Below, piece after piece: positions 50,421-63,342 of a stretch of DNA of 64,000 bases; the stretch's first letter is position 1; each line of letters starts with the position of its first letter. The stretch spans positions 31,272,935 to 31,336,934 of the forward strand of contig NC_081384.1 of the NCBI RefSeq assembly GCF_030684315.1, read 5' to 3'. The notes beneath the pieces are model-generated. The model had not been told where the DNA came from and did not search any database. It saw only the letters and a program-made list of their open reading frames with translations. Made by a program: the position numbers and the translations under genes. Source of the DNA: Stegostoma tigrinum. Taxonomy: Eukaryota.

Positions 50421-50724
50421 CGATTTCTGTTTTCCTGTTCCTCCTGAATGCGTCAAGCCCCAGTATGTGCTCATTACCACCATCGGAGTTATCCGTTTTC
50501 TCAGTTACTCATTATGGCAGAAATCAAAATTTGTATAGCAGCCTTGCATTCTTGTCATATTTTAATTTTCTAATATTCATTGCAAGACCTCTTGTAGTTT
50601 AAGATGGCGCTGAACACATTTTATTTATTGTCTATCTGTCTGTTGTTATTTTCTTTTTTTTATGTATTTTGTCAGCACAATCTTCCCGTCTTGCTGGTTG
50701 AAGCCCCCTCCTGGCCATGCCAGT

Positions 50725-51140
50725 CTTGGCTCAGCTGTACAACTGTTGTCTCTAAGTTATGAACTACTGGGCTTCAATCCCACTTCAGGGCTAGACTACA
50801 GAAATCAGGAATGATATCCCAGGAGGTGCTATTTCATTTGAGATAATAAACCAAGACCCTATTTGTCTTTTTACAAGAATGTAAAATAGCCTCAGCACGA
50901 TTTTGAAGAAGAGCAGGGGTTTATCCTCAGTGCTCTTGCTAATATTTATCCATCAATCAACATCACCACAACAGATCTGGTCATTGTCACATTGTTTTTT
51001 TTTGTAGATATTGCTGTGGGCATCATGACTTACCATGTGTTTTACATTATATCAGTGGCTACATTTCAAAAGATACATCCTCATTGGCTGCAATGGATTC
51101 TGAAATGTGTTGTAGCCATGAAAAGTGTTGTGCCTGCAAT
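50725..51140 (+). mobile_element. DeuSINE (SacSINE1/AmnSINE1-like Deu domain), old
   Basis: ggaggtgct..ttcatttgagat..taaacc.agaccc...attttgaagaagagcagggg...gctaatatttatccatcaatcaacatcac...tctggtcattgtcacattg matches the Deu-domain consensus as recalled. Confidence 0.72.
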
Positions 51141-51249
51141 TAAGTCTAATTCCTAACTTTTAGAATTCGCATTTACCAATTTATAAGCAACATGCATTCA
51201 TGTCTGCCATCCTCGGGTCTGAGGCATTGTCCTCAACAACTGAAGATAA

Positions 51250-53235
51250 AAACCGAAAGAACTGCAGATGTTGTAATCAGGAACAAAAACAGAACAAAAA
51301 CAGCTGGAAAAGCACAGCAGGTCTGGCAGGATCTGTGAAGAAAAAATCAGAGTTAATGTTTCAGGTCCGGTGACCTTTCCTCAGAACTGATGGTAGCTGG
51401 GAAAACGTTGGTTCATATTCAGAAAATAGGGAGGGACATGGAGTGGATAGTAAATGACAGGATAGAGCTCAAAGAGAGAGAAGAGCAGATGGATAGACAA
51501 AGGGGTTGATAATGATCTGGCTGGGAGGGTGACAAGTTGTTAATGAGGACTGTAGTGACTAGCAATAGGCAGTGTGTAATGGCAGGCTATGTAATAACAA
51601 GGCCTGGTGTGTGGGATAGGGGGCTAGAACATGGGAGAGTTTAGGCTCTAAAATTATTGAACTCCATATTGATTCTGGAGTGTTGCAGGGTCCCCAAGTG
51701 GAAAGTGAGGCATTGTTCTTTCAGTTTGTGTTGAGCTTCAGTGGAACATTGCAGCAAGCCAGAGACAGAGATGGTGGCCAGAAACAGGGTGGTGTTTTAA
51801 AGTGGCAGGCAACAGGTAAGTTGTGGTCTTCTTTGAGAGCAGAACGTAGATGTTCTATGAAGTGGTCATCCAGTCTACACTTTGTTTCCCCAGTGTAGTG
51901 GAGCATTCCCCATTGTGTGCAGCAAATACCATAGACTACATTGTGGGAAGTGCAGATAAAGTGCTGCTTCACCTGGAAGGTATGTTTGGGCCCTTGGGTA
52001 GTGGGAGGGAGGAGGTAAGGGGGCAGGTGTTGCACCTTTGCCGGTCGCAGGGGAAGGTGCCATGGGGTGTTGGGGGGTGGGCATGGTATTTAGGGTGAAG
52101 GAAGAGTGGACCAGGGTATCCCAGAGGGAATGGTTCCTGTGGAAAGTGGACAAGGGAGGGGAGGGGAAAATGTGTCTGGTGGTGGCATCTCATTGGAGGA
52201 GGCGGAAGTGGTTTCTGATAATCTGCTGGATGTGGATGCTGGTGGGATGGTAGGTAAGGACAAGGGGGACCCTATCACTGTTGCAGAAGGGAAGAGAAGG
52301 GGTGAAAGCAGAAGCGCAGGAGGTGTGTCAGATCTGGTTGAATGCCCTGTCGACAACGGGGTTGTGGAATTCTCAATTGAGGAAGATGGTGGACATTTCG
52401 GAGGCTCACCTTGTCAAATTTGGCCTGATCTGACGCATAGAACGAGACGGAAGAACTGAGAAAATGGGATGGAACAGGTGTGAGGATGTATAGTCCAGGT
52501 AGCTGTGGGAGTCAGTGGTAGATATTGTGGATATTAGGGGCCAGTCTACGCGCAGAAATTAAAAAGAGATGTTAAGGAAGGGAAGGGAGGAGTCAGAGAT
52601 AGGCCAGGTGAAAGTGAGGTCAGGGTGGAAATTAGAAGTGAAATCGATGAACTTGCCCAATTCCAGATGAGAAAGGGAAGCAGCGCCAATGATATCATTG
52701 ATATATCAGAATAAAGTTGTGGATGGGGGCCAGAATAGGACTGGAACAAGGATTGTTCCATGTACCCCATGAAGAGACAGGCATAACTGGGCCCCATGCA
52801 GATACTCATGGCCACTTCTTTTATCTGAAGAAAATGAGAGGAGTTAAAGAGACGCTGAGGGTGAGGATGAGCTTGGCCAAGTGGAGGACAGTCGTGGTGG
52901 GTGGTGACGGTTTGGGTCTTTGATCCATGAAGAAGCAGAGAAACCTAAGACCTTCCTGATGACGAATGGACATGTTGGGGGATTGCACAACGACATATAA
53001 AGGGATTGCACATCCATAGTAAAGAAGAAGCGGCTGGAACCTGCAAATTGAAAGTTTTAAAACTGGTGTAAAGTGTCAGAGCAATCATGGATGTACATGG
53101 CCAGGGATTGGACTTAGGGGAGAGAAGATTGAGTCAAGCTAGGAAGAGATGAGTTGTGTAGAACAGGAGCAGGCTGAAACAATGGGTCTGCCCAGACAGT
53201 CCTGTTTGTAGATTTGAGCAGGTGAGTGGAATCTT
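51250..53235 (-). mobile_element. Penelope-like element (RT plus GIY-YIG), 5'-truncated, frameshifted
   Basis: RT words MGPSYACLFMGYMEQSLFQ and endonuclease CTSHNVVYGICCTQ...YTGETKCRL.DHFIEHLRS. Hammerhead-like core at 51351-51389 (minus). Possible imperfect TSD tgaag(a/t)taaaa at 51241 and 53236. Confidence 0.9.
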
Positions 53236-53529
53236 TGAAGTTAAAAGGAAAACCTTCCAAATGTGAAGAAAAAACCCTCTGGTTTGACATGACATATCAG
53301 TATTCAACCAATGTCCTTGCATTGGCTTGTTCTGCATGGTCTGTAACTTATTACAATTTTATACCTTTTGTCTCACCTTGAAATCTGTCTTATCTTTTCA
53401 CACCTTTACTTGGAACCTTTTGACTTTGTTGAATATTTAACAATGCCCTTACCAAGGGAGAATATGAGCCTTAATGTATTTTTGCAGGGTGCTATGACTT
53501 TGAAACAATTCAATAACTGGCTTAGAGGA

Positions 53530-54230
53530 AGAGAATTCTTTGAAAGCACCGATGAAGGCCATTTGGGCCCATTAGAACCATGCTGGCTCTCTGTAGGGCA
53601 GTCTAGGTAGTCCCTGTTCGATCTCCGTGATCCTTCAAGTTTATTTCCTTTAAGTGCCAATTGAATTGCCTTTTCAGTTTTTTTAAATTTCTGTTTCGAC
53701 CACTGTCGTTCATAATAAGTTCCAGGTCATTGCCACTTGTTGCATAAAAAAACCCTCTTCCTGACATTCTCGTACAGCTTTTAGTCAGAATCTTAAACCT
53801 GTTTCCTAGTCTTTGTACTATCAGTTAATGATAAGATTTTCTTTCCTTGCTTGTCTACCCTCTATACGCCTGTCATAATTTTATTTAGCTCTATTAAATT
53901 TCCTCTCAATCTTCTTTGCTTCAAGGAGAACAACCCGGCATATCTAGCCTGACCTTGTATTTAAAACCCTCCATCCATTGCATCCATTCTGGTAAGTCTC
54001 CTTTACAGCTTCTCAAGTACCTTCGCATGTTTCCAAAAGTGTGGTGACCAAAACTGGATGCAGTATTCTAGTGGGAGCATAAACTGAACATCATTAAGGT
54101 TCAACGTACCCAACTGCTTTTGTACTCAGTGCCTCTACTTATGGAACCAAGAATCCCTTTCTAACCACTCTCTCAAAACCTCCCGCCATCTTCAAAGATT
54201 GTTGGATATGCACATTCAGGTCACCCAATT
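53530..54230 (-). mobile_element. CR1 LINE 3' fragment
   Basis: gaaggccatttgggcccattag.accatgctggctctctg tail and gtggtgaccaaaactggatgcagtattc (LEYCIQFWSP on the minus strand). Confidence 0.75.
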
Positions 54231-54309
54231 AAATCTTTGACTTGCTGCTAAGGGATGCTGTCAAGTTTACTTGTTCTGGTCCATCTGTGACCACTTCTGC
54301 TACTGGCCC

Positions 54310-56880
54310 ATTTTTTTCCGATTCATTTGTGGGATGTAGACATTTTTGGCTGGCCAGCATTTCTTGCCCGTCCCCAGTTGCCCTTGAGAAGGTGGTGGTG
54401 AGGTGCCTTCTTGAACTGTTGCAGTCCTCCTGCTGTAGGTTGACCCACAATGCTATTAGAGAGGAAATTTCAGGATTTTTGACCCATCAACAGTGAAGGA
54501 ATGGCAATATATTTCCAAGTCAGGATGGTGAGTGGCTTGGAGGGGAGCTTGAAGGTGGTGGTGTTCCCATACATCTGATACCTTTGTCCTTCTAGATGGA
54601 AGTGATCGAGGTCTTGGAATGTGCCGTCTGAGGATCGTTGGTGAATTTCTGCAGTGCATCTTGTAGATGGTATATACTGCTGCTACTGAGCGTCAGTTGT
54701 GGGTGGAGTGAATGCTTCTGGATGTAGTGCAAATCAAGTTAGCAGCTTTGTCCTGCATGTTGTCATACTTCCTGAATGTTGTTTGGGCAGCACTGATCCA
54801 GGCAAGTGGGGATTATTCCATCACACTCCTGACTTGTGCCTTGTAGATGGTGGACAGGCTTTGAGGAGTCAGGAGCTGAGTTGCTCGCCATAGTATTCCT
54901 GGCTTCTGGCCTGCTCTTGTAGCCACTGTGTTGATGTGGTGAGTCCAATTGAGTCTCTGGTCAATAATAACTCCCAGAATGTTGAAAATGGGGGACTTAG
55001 TGGTGGTAACACCTTTGAATATCAAGGGGTGGTGGTTAGATAGTCTCTTATTGTTGACGGTCATAGCCTGGCATTTGTGTGGCGCGAATGTCACTTGCCA
55101 CTTGTCAGCCCAAGCTTAGATATTGTCTAGATCTTGTTACATGTGAACATGAGCTGCTTCAGTATCTGAGGAGTCACGACTTGTGCTGAACATTGTGCAA
55201 TCATCAGTGAACATTCTTACGTCTGACCTTATGATGGAGGGAAGGTCATTGATGAAGCAGCTGAAGATGGTTATGCCTAGGACACTTCCCTGAGGAGCTC
55301 CTGCAGAAATGTCCCGGAACTGAGATGATTGACTGCCAACAACCACGACCATCTTCCTAAGTGTCAGATATGACTCCAGAGTTTGCCCACTGATACCCAT
55401 TGATTTCAGTTTTGCTCTTATTCCTTGATGCCATACTTGGTCGAATACAGCCTCACTCTGTCACTCTCACCTCACCTCTGGAATTCAGCTCTTTTGTCCA
55501 TGTTTGAACCAAGGCTATAATGAGATCTGGAGCTGAGTGACCCTGGTGGAACACAAACTGAGTGTCACTGAGCACCGAATTATTTCTGAGCAGGTGCTGC
55601 TTGATAGCAAAGTTGATGACACCTTCCATCACTTTGAGATGATCGAGAGTAGACTGATGGGGCAGTAATTAGCTGAGTTGGATTAGCTCTGCTTTTTGTG
55701 CACAGGACATACTTGGGCAATTTTCCACATTGTCAGGTAGATACTCGTGTTGGAACTGTACTGGAACAGCTTGGCTAGGGGAGCGGCAAGTACCGGAGCA
55801 CAAGTCTTCAGTACTATTGCCGGAATGTTGTCAGGGCCCGTAGTCTTTGCAGTATCCAGTGCCTCTAACCACGTGAAATGAATTGAATGGGCTGAAGACT
55901 GATATCTGTCATGCTGGTTGCCACTGGAGGAGGCCGAGATGAATCATCTACTTGGCACTTCTGGCTGAAGGTTGCTGCAAATGCTTCAGCCTTACCTTTG
56001 CACTATTGTGCTGGGCTCTTCCATCATCGAGGATGGGGATATTTGTGGAGCCTCCTACTCCAGTGAGCTGTTTAATTGTCCACCACCATTGGATGTGGCA
56101 GGACTGCAGAGTTTAGATCTGATCCGTTGTGGGATCACTTAGCTCTGTCTGTCACTTGCTGCTTTTGCTGTTGGCACACAAGTAGTCTTGTTTGGTGCTT
56201 CATCAGGTTGATACTTCATCTTCAGGTATGCCTGGTGCTGCTCCTGACATGCCCACCTGCACTCTCCATTGAACCAGGGTTGATCTGCTGGCTTGATGGT
56301 AATGGTTGAGTGAGGGGTGTGCTGGGCCATGAGGTTCCAGATTGTGCTGGAGTACAGTTCTACTGCTGTTGATGGCCCATGGCGCCTCATGGATGCCCAG
56401 TCTTGACTTGCTGGATCCGTGTGAAGCCTGTACCATTTAGCAGGGTGATAGTGCTACACAACACAATCAAGGTTGTTCTCAATATGAAGGCGAGGCTTCA
56501 TCTCCACAGGGACTGTGCAATGGTCACTGTTACTGATACTGTCATGGACAGATCCAGCTGCAGCTGGCAGATTGGTAAGGGTGAGGTCAAGTATGTTTTT
56601 CTCTCTTGTTGGTTCCCTCACCACCTGCAGCAGACCCAGTCTAGCAGCTGTCCTCTAGGACCCGCCCAGCTCGATCAGTAATACTGCAGCGGAGCCACTA
56701 TTGTTGGTGGACATTGAAATTCCCCACCCAGAGTACCTTTTGTGCCCTTGCCATCCTCAGTACTTCCTCTAAATGTTGTTCAACATTGAGGAATACTCAT
56801 TCGTCAGCTGAGGGAGGATGGTATGTGGTAATCAGCAGGAGGTTTCCTTGCCCATGTTTAATCTGAAGCCATGAGATTTC
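54310..56880 (-). mobile_element. CR1/L2-group LINE ORF2 (AP endonuclease plus RT) with 3' tail, decayed
   Basis: LWVGNFNVH, PQGSVLG.TIFSCFINDLPSII...MFTDDCTMF and LSTIYKAQVRSVME motifs. Tail shared with the SINE family at 8428/42112. Confidence 0.92.
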
Positions 56881-57089
56881 CTATTCCTCTTTCACCTTGA
56901 GCAAAGTTAGCAATCAAAATACAGATTTTCAGTTTCATCTGCAGTGCACCTGTGCTGACAATGCAACGACCACTGTTTCAGACACAAAGAGTGTAGTGAT
57001 GTTCATAATTCATAATGGTTCCTACATGACTTCTTTTCACTATGTCATTCTGATCAATAAATCCAACAGGATCTAACCTTTTAAAATAA

Positions 57090-57350
57090 AGAACATAAAT
57101 GCATAACAAATAGTACAGGAGTAGGCCACACAGCCCATCGGGTCTGCTCTGCCATTTAAATAAATAATGGCTGATCTGATCACAGTCTCACTGTTACAAT
57201 CTGGCTTGAATCTTGTAACTATTGATTTCCTTGTCAATCAAAAATCTATCCAATTCAGCCTGAAAAATATTCAGTGACTAAAATTCGACTGATTACTTGA
57301 AAAGTATTCAAAACATTAATGGGATTCCAACAGAAGTTAGTCTTTCCTTA
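57090..57350 (-). mobile_element. CR1 3' UTR fragment
   Basis: caggagtaggcca..cagcccatcg.gtctgctctgccatt.aa...atggctgatctg. Confidence 0.65.
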
Positions 57351-57446
57351 TCTATAAATTTGAATGTTCATGAACAAATGCATATTTTTCATCTAGCACT
57401 CATCAGGACAGTTCACAAAAATACCATTTAAACATAAATAAGCATC

Positions 57447-57614
57447 AATTTAGCATGGCCAATCAACCTAACCTGCGCACCTTTGGACTGTGGGAGGAAA
57501 CCCCACACAGGCACGGGGAGAATGTGTAAACTGCACACAGACAGTCGCCTGAGGCTGGAATCAAACCCAGGTCCCTGCTGTTGTGAGGCAGCAGTGCTAA
57601 CCACCGTGCCACCG
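57447..57614 (-). mobile_element. V-SINE (HE1-like) 5' half
   Basis: Reverse complement of cggtggcacggtggttagcactgctgcctcacaacagcagggacctgggtttgattcc plus the V-domain. Confidence 0.85.
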
Positions 57615-57799
57615 AAATGATCTATTTACATGCATCCAAGGCGACTGACCATCTGGTATCAGCATTCAAATTCATTTGGACAGGAAGTTGTTTAACTTTC
57701 ATTGCTTCGGGCAAAAAGAAAAATCACCACAACTCAACATTCACAGCCTTCACTTTACAAATGATTGCTGCACAATGGTCACTCCGCACAAGACAAGCA

Positions 57800-58750
57800 A
57801 AGGTTGCTGGACCTTAATAACATTTTGTACATGATGCTTTGTAGGTCGTTAAATTTTGCAAAGATGAAAGTCCTTCACCAGCCTTCCCTAACCAGTTGAG
57901 TAGCCCCTGCGCAGTCTGTATAAATGGGATAGGTCTGGAGTGTGTACAGCACTTTGAATATCTTGGCAGCCGTCTCCTGAAGGAAGGCACTACCATCAAA
58001 GAAGAAATCCAACACTGAGTCACCTATGCTTGTGTTACTTTCTTCAAGCTGCAGCATCATGTCTTTGACAACAGGGGCCTTAATAAGTCAACAAAAGTTG
58101 TGGTTTATAAGGCTATTGTGTTAACCACACATCTGCACTGTGGCATAATCTAGACTGTCCACCAACACCACATTAATATCCTTAAGAGGTTACACCACAG
58201 GTGCCTCAATCAAATCTTGGGGATTAAATGAGAGGATCACTAGACCAATGCAAGCATTGTTCATGAAGCTGAATTTACCAGCATCGAAACCCTGCCCTTA
58301 GAAGACCAACTCCTGTAGATGGGCCACTGAACCTAGATATCTAAAAACCATGTTCTTCAGTAGTTTCTTTCCTCCCTGCTCTCCATTGACTAATGGTCAA
58401 AAGTAGTCCAAAGGAAAAACTATAAAGATACACTCAAGCTCACTGGAAATCACAGAGGCATTGCCATCACTGAGTGGGAAGAGAAAGCTGCCGACCATTT
58501 GCCATGGTACCACCTAATCCATCAAGGTGCAAGCTACTTCAAGGTTCAGGAACTCAGATAAGAGGTGGAACGGTAGCAGAAGGAAATGGAGAAAGATGCC
58601 AGCCTGGCATTATGAATTCCATTTCCTCACACAACCACATGCAACAATAATGTGGAAAAGCTTGTAGGTCCAAAGTTGGGTCCCTCAGTCGCCGGAGGAG
58701 TCATTCAGCTTGACAGACACCATCCTTGATTCTGAGGGACTGCCGTTATC
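57800..58750 (+). mobile_element. RTE-clade LINE 3' fragment
   Basis: YLGS...IKEEIQH...VFDNRGLNKSTKVVVYKAIVLT...HHRCLNQILGIK*ED..TNA, with many stops. Confidence 0.78.
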
Positions 58751-59299
58751 AGTGTTTACCATATAAGGCAATATTTGCTTTAATTGTGTTTTCATAATCA
58801 CTGCCCTGCCCTGCATCTTCCATCATGTTTAAGCAAAAATACACTTAATGAGATCAGTTTGTTTGTACATTGCCTTACTGGGTTCAACCTGTAGAACTAT
58901 TGAGGAGGGGACATGTTTAACACTTTAATGAGTTCTCAGTTTGACTCCCAATCCCTGATCAGTTTGGTTCATTTTGCACAATTTGCTAATTCTAGCAAGA
59001 GTGTGACTTGATAAAACTGCCTTATCCTGCCTTTGTTTGCAAATCCCACTGTACGGTTTTCTGCATGTCTTCAGTCAGTATACTGTTCTCCTCCAATACA
59101 TTATCACTATAAGACAAACTCCACACACAGGACTCCAGCACAATTGGTACTGATATAAGATAAAAACAAAAAACAGTTACATGAATAAGAATTGTTAATG
59201 CATTAAATTACAAAAATGCACTAGATCACAGAAAGTAGACCAAAACTGTACTTAGTACTGCAGATGCAATCTGAAAAATGCCTGTACGGTTGTAGATAT

Positions 59300-59830
59300 T
59301 TTATGCTCAATCCTCTTTGCAGTAAAGACCAACATTCTGTTTTCCTTAATAATTACTTTGCAATTTATGTACAAGGACACACAGGTGGTTCTCTACTGCA
59401 GTGTTCTGTAGACTCTATTTAAATACTGCTCTGTTTTTCTATTTTTCCTGCCAAAGTGAACAATCTCAGATTTCCCACATTATACTCCTCTCCCAATTTT
59501 TACCCACTCACTTAACCTATCTGTTGCCTTTGTATGTTCCTCACAACTTACATTCTTTGTCTATCTTCATATCATCTGCAAATTTGTCTGCAACATAGTT
59601 GGTTCCTTTATCCAAATCATTCATATAGATTATACGTAATTGAGTACCTGCAGCATCCAGTGGTCACAGTTTACTAACCTTCCTCTCCATTTCCAGTTTA
59701 CCAACCTCCATTTTCTATTAGTTAACCAATCCTCTATCTGTGCTAACATATCACTCCCAACATTATAACCTCTTATCTTTTGCAGTAGCCTTTATGGTGC
59801 ACATTATGAATGTCTTTTAGAAATCCAAAC
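59300..59830 (-). mobile_element. CR1 fragment
   Basis: atcatctgcaaattt (KFADD on the minus strand) and flanking CR1-like sequence. Confidence 0.55.
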
Positions 59831-60344
59831 AGACTACTAGGGCAAAAGATCTGGGAAAACCCTTGTTTGAGCTCATTGTCCTTTAAAATTTGGGCACTTC
59901 GGGAAATTATTTAATACTTGTCCAATAAGTGCACGCAAGAAATTGCAAAATTGAGTGCTGTCTGCAAGAATCTGTTGAAGATGATTTCCAACTTTGCCAT
60001 TTTGATACTTCTCTGTCTAACTGCATGTGTTGGAAATCTCAATCAGATCACCCTCAACTTTACATATATTACAGACAGAAAACCAAAAAGCAGTGTATCC
60101 TTAAATTGCTTTTTATACTATTTGACAAATGAGATTTTCTAGTGGGGTAATGCAAATTTGGGAGGTTACACCAATTACCTATATACAATGCTGACTGCCT
60201 TCTATCTTAATTTTGTTTTAAATATTTTCATTCTTATTCCCATGCGTATGTTTGTGGTGCACATCATGTGATTGACAGAAAACATATTTGCCATAAAGGA
60301 ATTGCTGTGTTCACCATATTCCTTCCTAGATGGAGGGATTGTCT

Positions 60345-60780
60345 TATGAGGAAACTTTAAAAAGACTGGCCCTACATCCAATGGATTTCAGGAGAATGAG
60401 AGGTGGTCTCATTGAAACATGCAAAACATACACAGTAATCAACTGAGTAGGTACAGGAAAGATGTTTTCCCAGCTGGTGATGAAGTATAGACCAGATGAC
60501 AGTCTCAGAATGAGGAGCAGCCATTCAAGATTGAGATGAAGTAGAATTTCTTCTCTGAGAGGGGCGTGAACCTTTGGCATTCTCTGCTTCAAAGGAGGCC
60601 CAATAATTGCATATATTCAGTTCTGAATTCAGTAGATTTCTATCTGTTAAAGGCCTCAAGTGATAAAGGAATACTGCAGGAAAATAGTGGTTAAATAAAA
60701 GATTAGCCATGGTCTCATCAAATGGCAGAGCAGGCTGCATGGGCTGAATGTCCTGCTGTTCCTGTTCCCTATGATCTTAT
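60345..60780 (+). mobile_element. CR1 LINE 3' end
   Basis: gtcttatgagga...agaatgagaggtggtctcattgaaaca...aatggcagagcaggct..atgggctgaatg.cct. Confidence 0.8.
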
Positions 60781-61097
60781 CAGCAAGTTGACAAACTATC
60801 TGTCCATCATTCTAGAAAGTGTGCCAACCCTTTACATTTAAAGGAAGGGTAGTCTTTAAAGGAGTTCATTTTTTAAATGTCTTAAAGTCTGAGTCATAGC
60901 CAGAAGAAGTAATATCGAAAGGACTACCCCACTCAGTAATGAAGCCCTGGAGGTTCCACTGTGAGATATGAAGCAAATAAAGTTATGACTTTTTGCATTG
61001 TGGAAGAAGGTGGCACAGCAAATAAACTGGTAGAACAGGAAGCAAATAAGAAGATATTAGTAATGCATACCAAGGTAAGTGGACTCATTTTTGTACA

Positions 61098-61316
61098 TTA
61101 AAATAAGACAAAGAATTGTATATGCTGAAGATCAGAAACAAAAACAGAAATTGCTGACAAAATCATCAGGCCTGACAGCATCTGTGGGGAGAGAGCATAG
61201 TTAACATTTCGAGTCCAGTAACTCATCTGAAGAATTATTCGACTCAAAATATTAACTCAACGCTCTCCTCACAGATGCTGCTAAACTTGCCGAGTTTCAC
61301 CAGCAATATCTGCCTC
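61098..61316. mobile_element. Palindromic mini-Penelope (family of 51250), old
   Basis: Arms attgctg.caaaatc.tcagg.ctgacagcatctgtggggagagagc..agttaac / ttaactc..cgctctcctcacagatgctg...cagcaat. Flanking ttttgtaca direct repeat. Confidence 0.65.
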
Positions 61317-63342
61317 TTTTGTACAAGCTCTGTCATTTTTTATGCCTAAAACTTGTACAAAGCTTGATTTGAGATTACTAATCCCTCAGGACGAAAACAA
61401 ATTTTTACCTACTCACAACACTAAGGGTAGGACTCATTCACAGTGCACCTGCTTAATGACTTACATTTTGTGCTACTGGATTCCGTTCAATTCAGTATTG
61501 TCATCACAAAGACTAGGCTAGCCCTTTGGCAGTTACATGGTCACACAATAGAGATGTTGTGGTACGGGGTTCCATTTAGAATGACCTCCATGATTCTTGC
61601 TTGCAGGCCCTTGATTCTTAACAGAAACTCTGAAAAAGATGCCATGTTTGGAGGTGTGGTGCCACCCACCAGCCAGATTCCTATATTCCTTATCCTTGGA
61701 TAATATTCCCTCGCTTTTTGAGTTGAAACAGATCCACAAAAATATTTGGACACAGAGCTTTCCGAAATGAGTTTGTTTTAGTTAACTATTAAGCAAGCAA
61801 TTATAAGAATGCACCCAAATGTACAGACTAACGCATCAAGAATCCCAGATTTACACCTATGTATACACAGATGAATCCCTTCACTTTAAGCTCAAATAAC
61901 TATTAAAAACAAACCTTAACAAGTGATCACCTCCACAGTGTCTCAACATACCTCATTAACTGGTAGCAAACAAGGTCCCTACACTCCACTTGAGTGTCTT
62001 TTTACAACATCTTTAGTATCCTTTTTCAGTTGCAACCTGGATTTGTATTAATGACTTAGAAAAGGTTGCTCTTATTATAAAATGCCAGCAGTATTTTGAG
62101 TTTTTTGAAGTGAAAGTTGCCTTTATGTTATTTAGCTTCCATTAATTTTCATTTTTTCATGTCTTCTTATCAATTGTTGACTAAATTATCTACAAGCCTC
62201 AAGGCCAGACATTAAAATATGGGAGACATTCCTACTGTCAAAAACAACTTGTGGCATTCAGAAGTTTTATTGACTTTATCATGTCTTTTGGCCTTGTGGA
62301 GCATGTTGATTCATAAAATATGGCCAGTTACTTTAAACATTTATTCAAACTACAGCAAAATGCACAGAGAAACCAATTTTCATACACCCGGTTCTTTTCC
62401 TGTGCCTACATTTCCAGAACTACTGTATCAACCACTGTTTCTCTTTTCTGATGACTTCATGAAGAATACAATCAGGAAAGGTGAAAAGCAGATAACCAAT
62501 TTTTTACCACCATTTTTCTGACTCTAGTGGATGAGGAACTCACCCTGATAATGCAAGTAGAAAAATGCAAAGTAAGTGTGGATAGCTACCAGTTGAATGC
62601 ACACAACTTTTTAAGGAACAGTCAAAGCATTGTCAGTACATGTACTCTCTCCAGTTATAAGATGATCTGTTTGCAAGGGTAAGTGGAGGTAAGAGAGCCA
62701 TTCAGCCACTTCCCTCATTCTACCATAGGACAAAGATCTGTTCGCATTCTAGGTGTTGATTGCTGTGCAACATGAAGTGCATCCTGACACTTTAATCTGT
62801 CTTCTTCTAAGGACACTGCAGTACTGTTCCAATAAGAAAAAAAAATGAATGGGGCTCATTCTGATAGCTTTCCAAATCTAAAACAATGCTACATAAATAG
62901 AAACAAAGATTTGTAGATGATTATTAGTTGTCTTTACAGAAAAGTTAAAGTGCCAGCTTCTCATTTATGTACAGGTTTCAGTTTCAAAGCTCTGTATTAC
63001 CACTGTTTTCAGTCAGAAAGAAATTGATTCCTTCTAATATTAGCATGGGGCTAATTTTTGTCATAGTGTCTTTTGTAAATTTACTAGTTAATCCTTCAGG
63101 TCGACATACCTAACTACTCATTCACAGTCTAAGAGTTCTGATTACATTTTCTGACAGGCCCATACCATCTCTCCTGTTAAAATAGGAAACATTTTCATTG
63201 AGTCTTAATTTTTGCCCAGAAAAGAAAATTTTAGCTAAAGATAGTCAATATTTCCTGTTTAGTGTCATTAATATTCTCCAGGAGTACCCGTATTAATGAG
63301 CCGTGTGTCGGCCAACTCCTAGAAGAGAAAAAAATGATCACA

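Noticed and set aside
50504-50602. Possible TM exon HYGRNQNLYSSLAFLSYFNFLIFIA (similar case at 63013-63100)
   Set aside because: The phase is incompatible with the 21997 donor, and there is no convincing donor.
60143-60246. Possible TM exon WGNANLGGYTNYLYTMLTAFYLNFVLNIFILIP
   Set aside because: Poor acceptor tract, and it lies next to sequence resembling a decayed integrase (VGNLNQIT). Probably chance in T-rich DNA.
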